From Gemmatimonadaceae bacterium (GTDB taxonomy: Bacteria > Gemmatimonadota > Gemmatimonadetes > Gemmatimonadales > Gemmatimonadaceae), in contig JBJMOW010000004.1 in assembly GCA_045803545.1 (NCBI GenBank), forward strand, positions 544,001 to 608,000: a DNA stretch of 64,000 nt. The letters are read 5' to 3'. Of the stretch, positions 29,480 to 37,322 are shown piece after piece (within the stretch, counting starts at the first letter, position 1; each line of letters starts with the position of its first letter). A program made the translations under genes and the position numbers. The notes beneath the pieces are model-generated. The model made no database searches. It was given only the letters and a program-made list of their open reading frames with translations, and was not told the DNA's origin.

Positions 29480-30676
29480 TTACGTGCGACGAGATGCCGT
29501 AGTGCGTCGCTTGGCTTTTCGTGCTGGTGATGCTTTTTCGACAAGATTCCAGAACTGTTTCTCGCCGATCACGCGCACCGGACGCCCCTGCGCGGCGAGT
29601 CGGCGAATCTCCAGCAATTTGACACCGCCAACCGCGCCGGCGATCTGCAGCGCATTCGGCCGACCGCGCACCAGCACGTCCGACGACGGTCCGGGTGTCG
29701 ATACAACAATCGCGCCCGCTTTCTTCGCCGCCGCGATCGCTTCGCTGCGCGGGCGGGTGAGGAAACCCGTAAACGAGATGCGTTTTCCCTTGAGATTGTC
29801 GATGCGGCCAAAGTGGGGCTGCTTCGGACGTTGACGCAGCGCGGTAATGAGTTCCCGCGCCGCTTCATAGCGTTTACCGCGGGCACCGAGGCATCGATAA
29901 ATGACCTCTTTGAGATCATCGCTGCAGGGCAGTCGCCGCACATCGCGACTGCTCATCGGATCGCTGATATCGCCGCGCAGGAGCATCGCCGCGATCAGTC
30001 CGACCTGATAGATATCGTCGCGCTGCTGCCAGCGGCGCACGCGGCCCCACGCGATTTCCGACGGCGCATTGAACGGATTGAACGCGTCAGCTGTCACGCC
30101 GCGTTGGCTCATTTGATGTGTAGCGATGCCGAAGTCGCCCAGCTTGAGCTGCTCATCATCGCAGACGAAGACGTTGAATGGAGTGAGATCGCGATGCAGC
30201 GCCTGTCCTCGATGCAGCGCGTCGAGCGCGCTCAAAATCGCGGCGATCTCTCGGCGGACAAAGCGCTCGGATTGCGCGCCCTTTTCCTGGAGCCATACGC
30301 CGAGGTCGCCGTGGACCGCGTACTCGATCACCATGCAATAGCGGGTACGACCGTCAGCGAGGTCGACGAAACGGTCGTACACTTTCAGCGCCCGTTTCTC
30401 GCGGTACAACAGGTCCGCGAAGTAGGCTTCGCGCAGCCACGCCGGAAGTCGTTCGGTGATTTTGACGCAGACCTGCGCCGGCAGTCCATGCTGTGGAGTT
30501 GGAGTGGCGAGGTACACCTCGCCGAAGCCACCTTTGCCGATCAGTCGATTCAGGATGTAGCTGCGGCCACTCTCGGAGCTGTGGGCCGTACCGACAGACG
30601 ATGTAATTGCTGGGCCGTAGGACTGCACGACCGGCCTGTCGATCACAGAATTGCTGTTTGGCGTATCCGGTTTCAT
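29480..30676 (-). CDS. Hanks-type Ser/Thr protein kinase with C-terminal BRCT domain
   Basis: GKGGFG, VCVK, LRE, HRDLTPFN, DFG, APSE, DIYQVG; then LKGKRISFTGFL..R.EA...AKKAGA..VLVRG..K..G..V.VIGE..FW (BRCT, ~29540-29794); start ATG 30676. Confidence 0.88.
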   Translation of the reverse strand: MKPDTPNSNSVIDRPVVQSYGPAITSSVGTAHSSESGRSYILNRLIGKGGFGEVYLATPTPQHGLPAQVCVKITERLPAWLREAYFADLLYREKRALKVYDRFVDLADGRTRYCMVIEYAVHGDLGVWLQEKGAQSERFVRREIAAILSALDALHRGQALHRDLTPFNVFVCDDEQLKLGDFGIATHQMSQRGVTADAFNPFNAPSEIAWGRVRRWQQRDDIYQVGLIAAMLLRGDISDPMSSRDVRRLPCSDDLKEVIYRCLGARGKRYEAARELITALRQRPKQPHFGRIDNLKGKRISFTGFLTRPRSEAIAAAKKAGAIVVSTPGPSSDVLVRGRPNALQIAGAVGGVKLLEIRRLAAQGRPVRVIGEKQFWNLVEKASPARKAKRRTTASRRT

Positions 30677-30705
30677 CGAGTCAATCTTACGAGCAAATTG
30701 CGGCA
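30677..30705. promoter_or_regulatory. Putative bidirectional leaderless promoter
   Basis: Minus-strand TAAGAT (30684-30689) 7 nt before kinase ATG; plus-strand CAAATT (30694-30699) 6 nt before polymerase ATG; no SD on either side. Confidence 0.5.
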
Positions 30706-32067
30706 ATGGCCAAGAAGCAGGCGGCGGAAGTTCTGAAGATCGACGGGCGCGAAGTCCAGGTGACCAATCCGGACAAGCTCTATTTCTCGCGCGACGTAAA
30801 GCTCACTAAGCTGGAGGTGGTGCAGTACTACCTCTCGGTCGCCGGTGGCGCGGTGCGCGGAGCGCGCGATCGGCCCAACATGCTGAAACGATTTGTGAAT
30901 GGCGCTGAGGCGCCGCCTTTCTATCAGAAGCGCGCGCCCGATAACAAGCCGGACTGGCTGCGCACGGTGACTCTCTCATTTCCGTCGGGCCGCACGGCAG
31001 ACGAAGTAGTCGTCGACGATGCGGCGGGCCTCGCCTGGATTGTGAACCTCGGCTGCATCGAGCTGCATCCGCATCCCGTGCGGACCAACGATCTCGATCA
31101 CCCGGATGAATTGCGCATCGACCTCGATCCGATTCCGGGGGTGAAGTGGGATCAGGTGCGCGCGGTGGCGCTGGAAGCGAAGAACCTGATGGACGAGATG
31201 GGCCTGCGCGGCTTTGCGAAGACGAGCGGCTCGCGCGGGATGCACGTGAACACGCGCATCCAGCAGCGGTGGAGCTTCAACGAGGTGAGGCGCGCGGCGT
31301 TGGCGTTCTCGCGCGAGATCGAGAGGCGGCTACCGAAGCTCGCGACGTCGAAGTGGTGGAAGGAAGAGCGACATGGTGTGTTCCTCGACTACAACCAGAA
31401 CGCCAAGGATCGAACGACTTGCTCTGCGTATTCGATCCGTCCGTTGCCTGATGCACGAGTATCGACGCCTTTGCGCTGGGACGAGGTGCCCGACTGTGAG
31501 CCGGAAGATTTCACTGTGCTGACAGTGCCGAAGCGATTCGTCGAGATCGGGGATCCGAACGAAGCGATGGATGATTTCGCCGGCTCACTGGAGACACTGC
31601 TCGAGCTCGCTGACCGCGATGAGGCTGCCGGACTGGGCGATGCGCCGTGGCCGCCGCATTTCAGAAAGATGGAAGGCGAGGCGCCCAGGGTTGCGCCATC
31701 GCGAGCAAAGGGAGGGAAGCGGGAGGCGGGTGGAGGGAAGCGGGAAGCGGGAAGCGAGAAGCGGTCGGCTGCTAAGACTCCACGATCCAGGATGCCCCTC
31801 ATTACCGTGGCGAACTCGCCCGACAAAGACGAAGCGTTAGCGGGACTCGAGCGCTGGAAGAAACGGCATCGCGCGGTGGCGAAGCATCTCGCTGTCGATG
31901 ACGTACTGGTCGATTCGATGCGCGGAAGATCGTCGACCTGGACGCGCGTTCGCGTCAATCTCAAGAACGTGCCGGAGAAAATCAGGCCGCAGCAGGAAAA
32001 GCCGGATCCCGACGACGATCCCACGCGCGCGTGGCGGGACGCTCACCGCTCAGCGACGAGTGACTGA
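30706..32067 (+). CDS. Stand-alone LigD-type primase-polymerase (AEP), Rv0269c/PolD2 type with C-terminal extension
   Basis: TNPDK, FYQKRAP, ELRIDLD, KTSGSRGMH, FLDYNQN, VSTPLRWDE; C-terminal PLITVA..DEALAGLERW..VLVDSMRGRSSTW.RVRVNL. Confidence 0.9.
   Translation: MAKKQAAEVLKIDGREVQVTNPDKLYFSRDVKLTKLEVVQYYLSVAGGAVRGARDRPNMLKRFVNGAEAPPFYQKRAPDNKPDWLRTVTLSFPSGRTADEVVVDDAAGLAWIVNLGCIELHPHPVRTNDLDHPDELRIDLDPIPGVKWDQVRAVALEAKNLMDEMGLRGFAKTSGSRGMHVNTRIQQRWSFNEVRRAALAFSREIERRLPKLATSKWWKEERHGVFLDYNQNAKDRTTCSAYSIRPLPDARVSTPLRWDEVPDCEPEDFTVLTVPKRFVEIGDPNEAMDDFAGSLETLLELADRDEAAGLGDAPWPPHFRKMEGEAPRVAPSRAKGGKREAGGGKREAGSEKRSAAKTPRSRMPLITVANSPDKDEALAGLERWKKRHRAVAKHLAVDDVLVDSMRGRSSTWTRVRVNLKNVPEKIRPQQEKPDPDDDPTRAWRDAHRSATSD
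31712..31767 (+). repeat. Heptamer tandem array (8 units) inside the polymerase linker
   Basis: GAGGGAA GCGGGAG GCGGGTG GAGGGAA GCGGGAA GCGGGAA GCGAGAA GCGGTCG, encoding GGKREAGGGKREAGSEKRS. Confidence 0.8.
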
Positions 32068-32754
32068 CTTGAAGCCGAGGGTTTCGTTGAGCCAGCGCAC
32101 GAGCGGCAGCACGGCGGCGAACTCTTTCGCAAGCAGATCTGCCAGCGATTTACTAGTGACCTGAGCGTCGGTGAGAGTGTGGCCAGTGGTGAATGACTGG
32201 TACTTCAGCCACTTCGCAGCTGGGTGGTCCTCGGCGTACCCGCGCGGCATTCGTTTGAGCGCGGCTTCGTCGTCGAGGCCTGCGAAGCGCGCGGGAAGCG
32301 AGCGCAACATGCGATCGAAACACTTTGGATTCTCGGCGATCGCTTCGCGCAACATGTTGAGCTGCGGACGCGGCGGCATCCACAAACCGGCGCCGAGCAT
32401 GGATCGACCGCCCGGCTCGAGATGGAAATAGTAGCCAGCGCTGCCGGCGTCAGCTTCGGAGCCGACACTGCGAGCTGCGTTGCGATGATGGAACCAGGCA
32501 GCGGCGTGGGTCTTGTACGGCGACTTGTCCTTCGAGAAGCGGATGTCGCGGTTGATTCGAAACATCGATCGCTTGGGATCGCCGCCGATCTCAGGGGCGA
32601 ACCTGGCAAAGCGGACGTCGAGCTCCTCGATCAATTCCCGCATTGGCGCTCGCACGTCATTCTCGTAGTCGGCACGATGTGCTTCGAACCACGCCTTCTC
32701 GTTATTCCGGGCTAGCTGTCGAAAGAAAGTCAGACTGCGTTTGCTAAACGGCAT
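32050..32754 (-). CDS. DUF2461 / TIGR02453 family protein
   Basis: NNEKAWF, FRINRDIRFSKDKSPYKT, YYFHLEP, LKRMPRGY. Confidence 0.92.
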   Translation of the reverse strand: MPFSKRSLTFFRQLARNNEKAWFEAHRADYENDVRAPMRELIEELDVRFARFAPEIGGDPKRSMFRINRDIRFSKDKSPYKTHAAAWFHHRNAARSVGSEADAGSAGYYFHLEPGGRSMLGAGLWMPPRPQLNMLREAIAENPKCFDRMLRSLPARFAGLDDEAALKRMPRGYAEDHPAAKWLKYQSFTTGHTLTDAQVTSKSLADLLAKEFAAVLPLVRWLNETLGFKSVTRR

Positions 32755-32765
32755 TGTCCATCAAT

Positions 32766-33560
32766 TTAATTCGCAAACTCGGCCAGTTTGCGCAGGCGAA
32801 TGCTGGGATCGTTCGCGAACTGTTGACGCAGCCAGCCGAGGTGGCCGGCCCCGAAAATCACCAGGATGCGCTCGTTGGGCGAGTCAATCAGGCGTACAAC
32901 GTTGCTGTAAATGCGAATGTTGCGTCGATACCAGTCAGCGATGAGATCCGCGCCCGCCCAATCTCCCGGCTCGCCGAAATGAGCCTCGCGGAAATAGAAG
33001 CCAACGTCATCGGCCACGTGCGAATCAGAGTTCATATAAAGGAGAGTCTCGAGCACGCTATGCGAGGCGAGATAGTCATTCTGAGCCTTCACGCCGGTGC
33101 CGACCTCGTTCATCATCGTCTCGAGCTCCTTCGACTTCCCGCTCGCCTTGGCGTAATTCACGACACGCTGAAATGGAAATTCGCCATCGGCGTCGACCGG
33201 GTAAACTGCCTTGTGGCCGAGCTCTTTAGCGAGACGATATCCAATCTGATCGATCTCGTTCCGCGTGAGTGTGTACTTGCCAGCGAGATAGTCGCTGTAC
33301 TCCTTGGGAACGCGCTGACTCCAGACATCTGCCTCGATTGCGATCTTGGTCGGCGCGAAGTTTTTTAAGACGTCCGCGAGCTGAGCGATCTCCTGCTGGC
33401 GCTTCGGAGCGAGAACATCGTCGGCTTTGGTGTTGAAGATGTCGTGGCCAGGATTCGCCATGTGGTACACGCCGAGCACAAGGACCTCGGCGCGCGGAGC
33501 TGGGGACTGAGCGAGCGCTGGCGTCGCGAACGCCGCGCAAATCCATAGAAAGCGTTTCAT
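32766..33560 (-). CDS. Secreted DUF5694 family protein
   Basis: Signal peptide; LGVYHM, NEIDQIGYRLA, WYRRNIRIYSN, GAGH. Confidence 0.8.
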   Translation of the reverse strand: MKRFLWICAAFATPALAQSPAPRAEVLVLGVYHMANPGHDIFNTKADDVLAPKRQQEIAQLADVLKNFAPTKIAIEADVWSQRVPKEYSDYLAGKYTLTRNEIDQIGYRLAKELGHKAVYPVDADGEFPFQRVVNYAKASGKSKELETMMNEVGTGVKAQNDYLASHSVLETLLYMNSDSHVADDVGFYFREAHFGEPGDWAGADLIADWYRRNIRIYSNVVRLIDSPNERILVIFGAGHLGWLRQQFANDPSIRLRKLAEFAN

Positions 33561-33621
33561 CGGTTGTCCTGGAGAGAGGGTCTGCCTGGAACGACAGGCA
33601 GTTAGACAGCGGTTCCAGGCA

Positions 33622-34068
33622 TCACGTTTGAATGCCCGACCGCCGGGTAAGCAGGGTTATCTCGGAGCGAACGGCTGCCACTGCTTCGGTCACGGCAACT
33701 GCCGCCGCGCTGTATGTGAAGCGATGGCGCGCTGAGTCACTGGCGGGCGGCAGGTAGTGGATGTTGTCAGGCGACACGACGATATAGTGATAATAGACGC
33801 CGAACAGCAGCGACGCGGTCATCGAAATCACGTAAAGCCAGAGCGCGAACTCCTCCAGACGCGTCCACAACAGCAGCGTTGCAAGGAGCGGCGCGAAGAG
33901 AATGACCCCGAATACAAAGACGGTCTGGAAAGGCGACAAGCCGACTGCGAGAGCGGAGTGCGCTCCGCCATGCCAAACCACTACGCTGAGATGAATTGCG
34001 GCGAGAACCGTTAGTGCGCCTTTCGCCGACAGCGGACGAGGCCTTGTGGTGCCGACCACGTCAGTCAT
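33622..34068 (-). CDS. Hypothetical membrane protein
   Basis: Four hydrophobic segments; HGGAH and YYHY..SPDNI motifs. Confidence 0.7.
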   Translation of the reverse strand: MTDVVGTTRPRPLSAKGALTVLAAIHLSVVVWHGGAHSALAVGLSPFQTVFVFGVILFAPLLATLLLWTRLEEFALWLYVISMTASLLFGVYYHYIVVSPDNIHYLPPASDSARHRFTYSAAAVAVTEAVAAVRSEITLLTRRSGIQT

Positions 34069-34760
34069 CGCACGCGCGCAATCGCAAAGCCGTCGTAGCC
34101 CTTGGAGCCGACGGTCTGAATCGCCGTGGCGGTCACGCGCTTGTCGCGAGCCAACTGGTCGATGAAACGCCGGACGCCCTGAATGCTTGGATCCTTACTC
34201 TTCGCGTCGACTACGCCGCCATCACGCACGACGTTGTCGACGATGATCAGACTTCCTGGTCGAGACAGCTTCATCGCCCAGTCGAAATAGGCAGGAATGT
34301 TAGTTTTGTCGGCATCGATGAAGATCAGATCGAACGGTCCGCTTTGCTCGGCCACTAACAGGGGCAAAGTGTCGAGCGCGGCTCCCAATCGCAGCTCGAT
34401 CATCCGCTGAAGTCCGGCTCGCGCGAAGTTCTTTCTGGCGACGTCGGCGTGAGTTGGATCGACTTCCAATGTGATGATATGACCGTCAGGAGGGAGAGCG
34501 CGCGCAAACCAGATCGTGCTGTAGCCGCCGAGTGTGCCGATCTCGAGAACGGAGCGCGCGCCAATCATCTCGGCCAGTATTTGTAAAAACTTGCCTTGGG
34601 CCGGAGTGACAGCGATCGCCGGCAATCCGGCGGCGTCACTGTCTTTCAGCGCTGTGTCGAGCACCTTGTCGTCGGCCAGAAGTTTGTCGCAGATGTACTC
34701 GTCCACCTGCGACCAGATTTTAGCCTTCGTTCTTGGGCGGACGGGCCTTGATTTTTTCAT
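34065..34760 (-). CDS. Class I SAM-dependent O-methyltransferase (YrrM/caffeoyl-CoA type)
   Basis: LEIGTLGGYS, FIDADK, VDNVVR, GYDGF. Confidence 0.93.
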   Translation of the reverse strand: MKKSRPVRPRTKAKIWSQVDEYICDKLLADDKVLDTALKDSDAAGLPAIAVTPAQGKFLQILAEMIGARSVLEIGTLGGYSTIWFARALPPDGHIITLEVDPTHADVARKNFARAGLQRMIELRLGAALDTLPLLVAEQSGPFDLIFIDADKTNIPAYFDWAMKLSRPGSLIIVDNVVRDGGVVDAKSKDPSIQGVRRFIDQLARDKRVTATAIQTVGSKGYDGFAIARVR

Positions 34761-35061
34761 CCAGGATTTTCGTTTGATAACGCTGGGCTTCGCCGACGCG
34801 TTCGACGCCGATCGCGAGTTTGTCGACCGACTGTTCGAGGTGCTTCAGGCGCTCCGCAGTTTCTTTGGGCATTGCGGTGGGCCTCTCGGGGACTGAGCGC
34901 ATTTGCAGCACGCCGAAGAAGACGCCGCCGAGTACCGTGAGCACCGCGTGCACGACAGCGTGCATCGGCTCACCCATGATACCCGCGTAAACGAAACCGC
35001 CAAAGTTGATGACTGTGAACCCGGCGGCCACTGCTCGCCACACCGTCAGGCGTCGTGGCAT
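34720..35061 (-). CDS. Hypothetical two-TM protein with coiled-coil tail
   Basis: AAAGGAG RBS, ATG 35061; two TM helices then RLKHLEQSVDKLAIGVERVGEAQRY. Confidence 0.7.
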   Translation of the reverse strand: MPRRLTVWRAVAAGFTVINFGGFVYAGIMGEPMHAVVHAVLTVLGGVFFGVLQMRSVPERPTAMPKETAERLKHLEQSVDKLAIGVERVGEAQRYQTKILDEKIKARPPKNEG

Positions 35062-35074
35062 CAAATCTCCTTTG

Positions 35075-35998
35075 CTAGAATAGCGACTTGAGCACGAATA
35101 GAACATTCGCCGGCCGTTCGGCAAGGCGCCGCATGTACCAGCGATACCACGCCGCGCCGTAGCTGACGAGTGTCTTGACGATATGGCTGTCAGCGACGAG
35201 CTGTTGCTGCGCCGCATCGCGGATGCCGTACAGCATGTGGATCTGATACTTGTCCTTGCCGACGCCCGTACGCGCGGCGTGGTCGGTGATTCGTGATATC
35301 AATTGGAGGTCGTGGGTGCCAAATATCGGAGTGCAGCTGCGATTGCGTGCCGCTTCGAGCATTTGCGACGCCAGCTCGAAGTACGCGCGATCGGTGTCGG
35401 CCTTTTTGGGGAACGCGATGCTGGATGCCTCCTGGTAGGCGCCTTTGACGAGGCGAATCGTTGGCTTCATAGGGAGGAGTCGCGCAATGTCTTGCGGAGT
35501 GCGAAAGAGGTAAGCCTGAATCGCGATCCCCGTCGTCGGGTGCTGCTTCAGCAGCTTGATGTAAAGATCGATGGTGCGATCGACGTAGCTCGAATCTTCC
35601 ATGTCCAGCCACAATGCGGAGCCCGTTTGCTCCGCCTTGGCCGCGAGCGCCAGCAGGTGCTTCTTACATTCGGTAGCTGACACGTCGAGACCAAGCTGCG
35701 TTGGCTTGACGCTGACATGCGCCGGGAGCTTGTGCTCACGGATCTGATCGAAGAACCACAGGTAGTGATCGCGCACTTCGATCGCGGCCCGTGAGTTTAG
35801 GATTGCCTCGCCGAGCTGGGTGTAGAGAATCCCTCGACCAGTCGCGGCAATCCCTGCACCCGCGCGTAGCGCGTCTTCTGGATTTTCCCCTGGCATGAAC
35901 TTCCGAGTGGCGCGTTTTACAAACGCACTGCGGAGCGCGAAGTCGTTGAGGCGCTGACTTTGTGCGGCGGCGAGGAGAATCGAACGGCCAAACGTCAA
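35075..35998 (-). CDS. Monofunctional proline dehydrogenase
   Basis: SVKPTQLG, DMEDS, QAYL, RLVKGAY, GTHD, MLYG, RRLAERPAN. Confidence 0.93.
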   Translation of the reverse strand: MTFGRSILLAAAQSQRLNDFALRSAFVKRATRKFMPGENPEDALRAGAGIAATGRGILYTQLGEAILNSRAAIEVRDHYLWFFDQIREHKLPAHVSVKPTQLGLDVSATECKKHLLALAAKAEQTGSALWLDMEDSSYVDRTIDLYIKLLKQHPTTGIAIQAYLFRTPQDIARLLPMKPTIRLVKGAYQEASSIAFPKKADTDRAYFELASQMLEAARNRSCTPIFGTHDLQLISRITDHAARTGVGKDKYQIHMLYGIRDAAQQQLVADSHIVKTLVSYGAAWYRWYMRRLAERPANVLFVLKSLF

Positions 35999-36127
35999 TC
36001 GTGATTGGGCTGGAGTGCTGACACCTGTGAGAGTTTACTCTGTACCGCATTCTGCCATGGTCCCCGGCCACTTGCAATGAGGTGTCCGCACCCTCCCGCG
36101 CCGACGTTCCGAATTGCAATCTTAGGT

Positions 36128-36910
36128 ATGCGAATTATCACTCTACTCGTGGCTGCGCTCGCAGCCGCCGCTCCATTCAGAGCTGACGCTCAATCGAGCG
36201 CACGTCCCGTCCTCGCCGTTTTTGCCCATCCCGATGACGAGCGCGTCATTGGACCATTGCTGTCCAAGCTCGCGCGCGAAGGAAGAGAAACTCATCTCGT
36301 CATCGCCACCGACGGATCCAAAGGAGTGCGCGACTATGCGCACATTCCAGCGGGTCCCGAGCTCGCCGCCGCGCGCACAAAGGAAGCAACCTGCGCCGCC
36401 ACCCGACTCGGCGTGCGCAAACTCCATTTGCTTGGCTTGCCCGATGGCGGCCTGGCGTCGTTCGAGGTGCTGGGCAAACTCCGGACTTCGCTCGCCGCCA
36501 TCATCGACTCGGTGAAGCCGGCAGTGATCATCACCTTCGGGCCCGAAGGCGGGACCGGACATCCGGATCATCGACTCGTCGGCAACGTCACCAGTCAAAT
36601 CATCGAGAGCGATGATCGATACGCTGACATTGATCTGCTGTATGCCTCACTTCCCACCGAGTTGCTGCGCACCGCACCGAAGGCTGAGCCGACGGTGAAT
36701 GGAATGGCGACGTCATTGCTGACAGTTCGCGTGCCGTTCGGACCGGAGGATCTCGCCGCCGGCAGGGAAGAGTTCGCTTGTCACCGCTCGCAGTACACGC
36801 CGGAGGAGATGGCGAAGGTCAACGCCTATCTCGCGCACTCGTGGAATGGCAAAGTGTGGCTGCGGCCGTGGAACGGATCGCTGCGCCACCCGCAGCCGTT
36901 CGGTCCCTAG
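36128..36910 (+). CDS. Secreted PIG-L/LmbE family deacetylase
   Basis: Signal peptide; AHPDDE, GHPDH, HRSQ. Confidence 0.9.
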   Translation: MRIITLLVAALAAAAPFRADAQSSARPVLAVFAHPDDERVIGPLLSKLAREGRETHLVIATDGSKGVRDYAHIPAGPELAAARTKEATCAATRLGVRKLHLLGLPDGGLASFEVLGKLRTSLAAIIDSVKPAVIITFGPEGGTGHPDHRLVGNVTSQIIESDDRYADIDLLYASLPTELLRTAPKAEPTVNGMATSLLTVRVPFGPEDLAAGREEFACHRSQYTPEEMAKVNAYLAHSWNGKVWLRPWNGSLRHPQPFGP

Positions 36911-37314
36911 CGAAGACTCTTTCGCAGATAGAACTGTCGATATCCCGGCGGATACCCGTCGAGCGTACCGAATAGTTCGTACCCGAGTTTCTCGTAGAAT
37001 GGGCGAGCCTGGTACTCGAAAGTGTCCAGGCTCGCGTCCGTACAGCCGCGCGATCGAGCGATGTCTTCTGCCGCGCTGAGCAGTCGCGTGCCGACGCCGT
37101 GACCTCGCGCGCGCTCGTGCACCCATAGTTTGGCGACGTAGAGCCAGCCCCAGCGGGTGTGGCCAATCAGTCCGCCGACGATGCCATGATGATCGCGCGC
37201 GACGAGCTTGACAGGTTTCTCATTGGACGGCCCGATCCAGTTCTCGTTGAACGCAAGCAATCCGCGCACGACCGCCGCTTCATCCTCCGGACTCACCCGA
37301 TCATCGATATCCAT
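36907..37314 (-). CDS. GNAT N-acetyltransferase
   Basis: LWV..RGHGVG, DTFEYQARPFYEKLGY. Confidence 0.9.
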   Translation of the reverse strand: MDIDDRVSPEDEAAVVRGLLAFNENWIGPSNEKPVKLVARDHHGIVGGLIGHTRWGWLYVAKLWVHERARGHGVGTRLLSAAEDIARSRGCTDASLDTFEYQARPFYEKLGYELFGTLDGYPPGYRQFYLRKSLR

Positions 37315-37322
37315 GTCACCAG

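Noticed and set aside
29813..30736. 307-aa plus-strand ORF over the kinase
   Set aside because: Typical antisense shadow of a high-GC kinase gene; no motifs
30706..32067. Calling this full LigD or an NHEJ operon
   Set aside because: No ligase or phosphoesterase domain and no Ku or LigC gene in the window; only the polymerase domain plus PolD2-type tail
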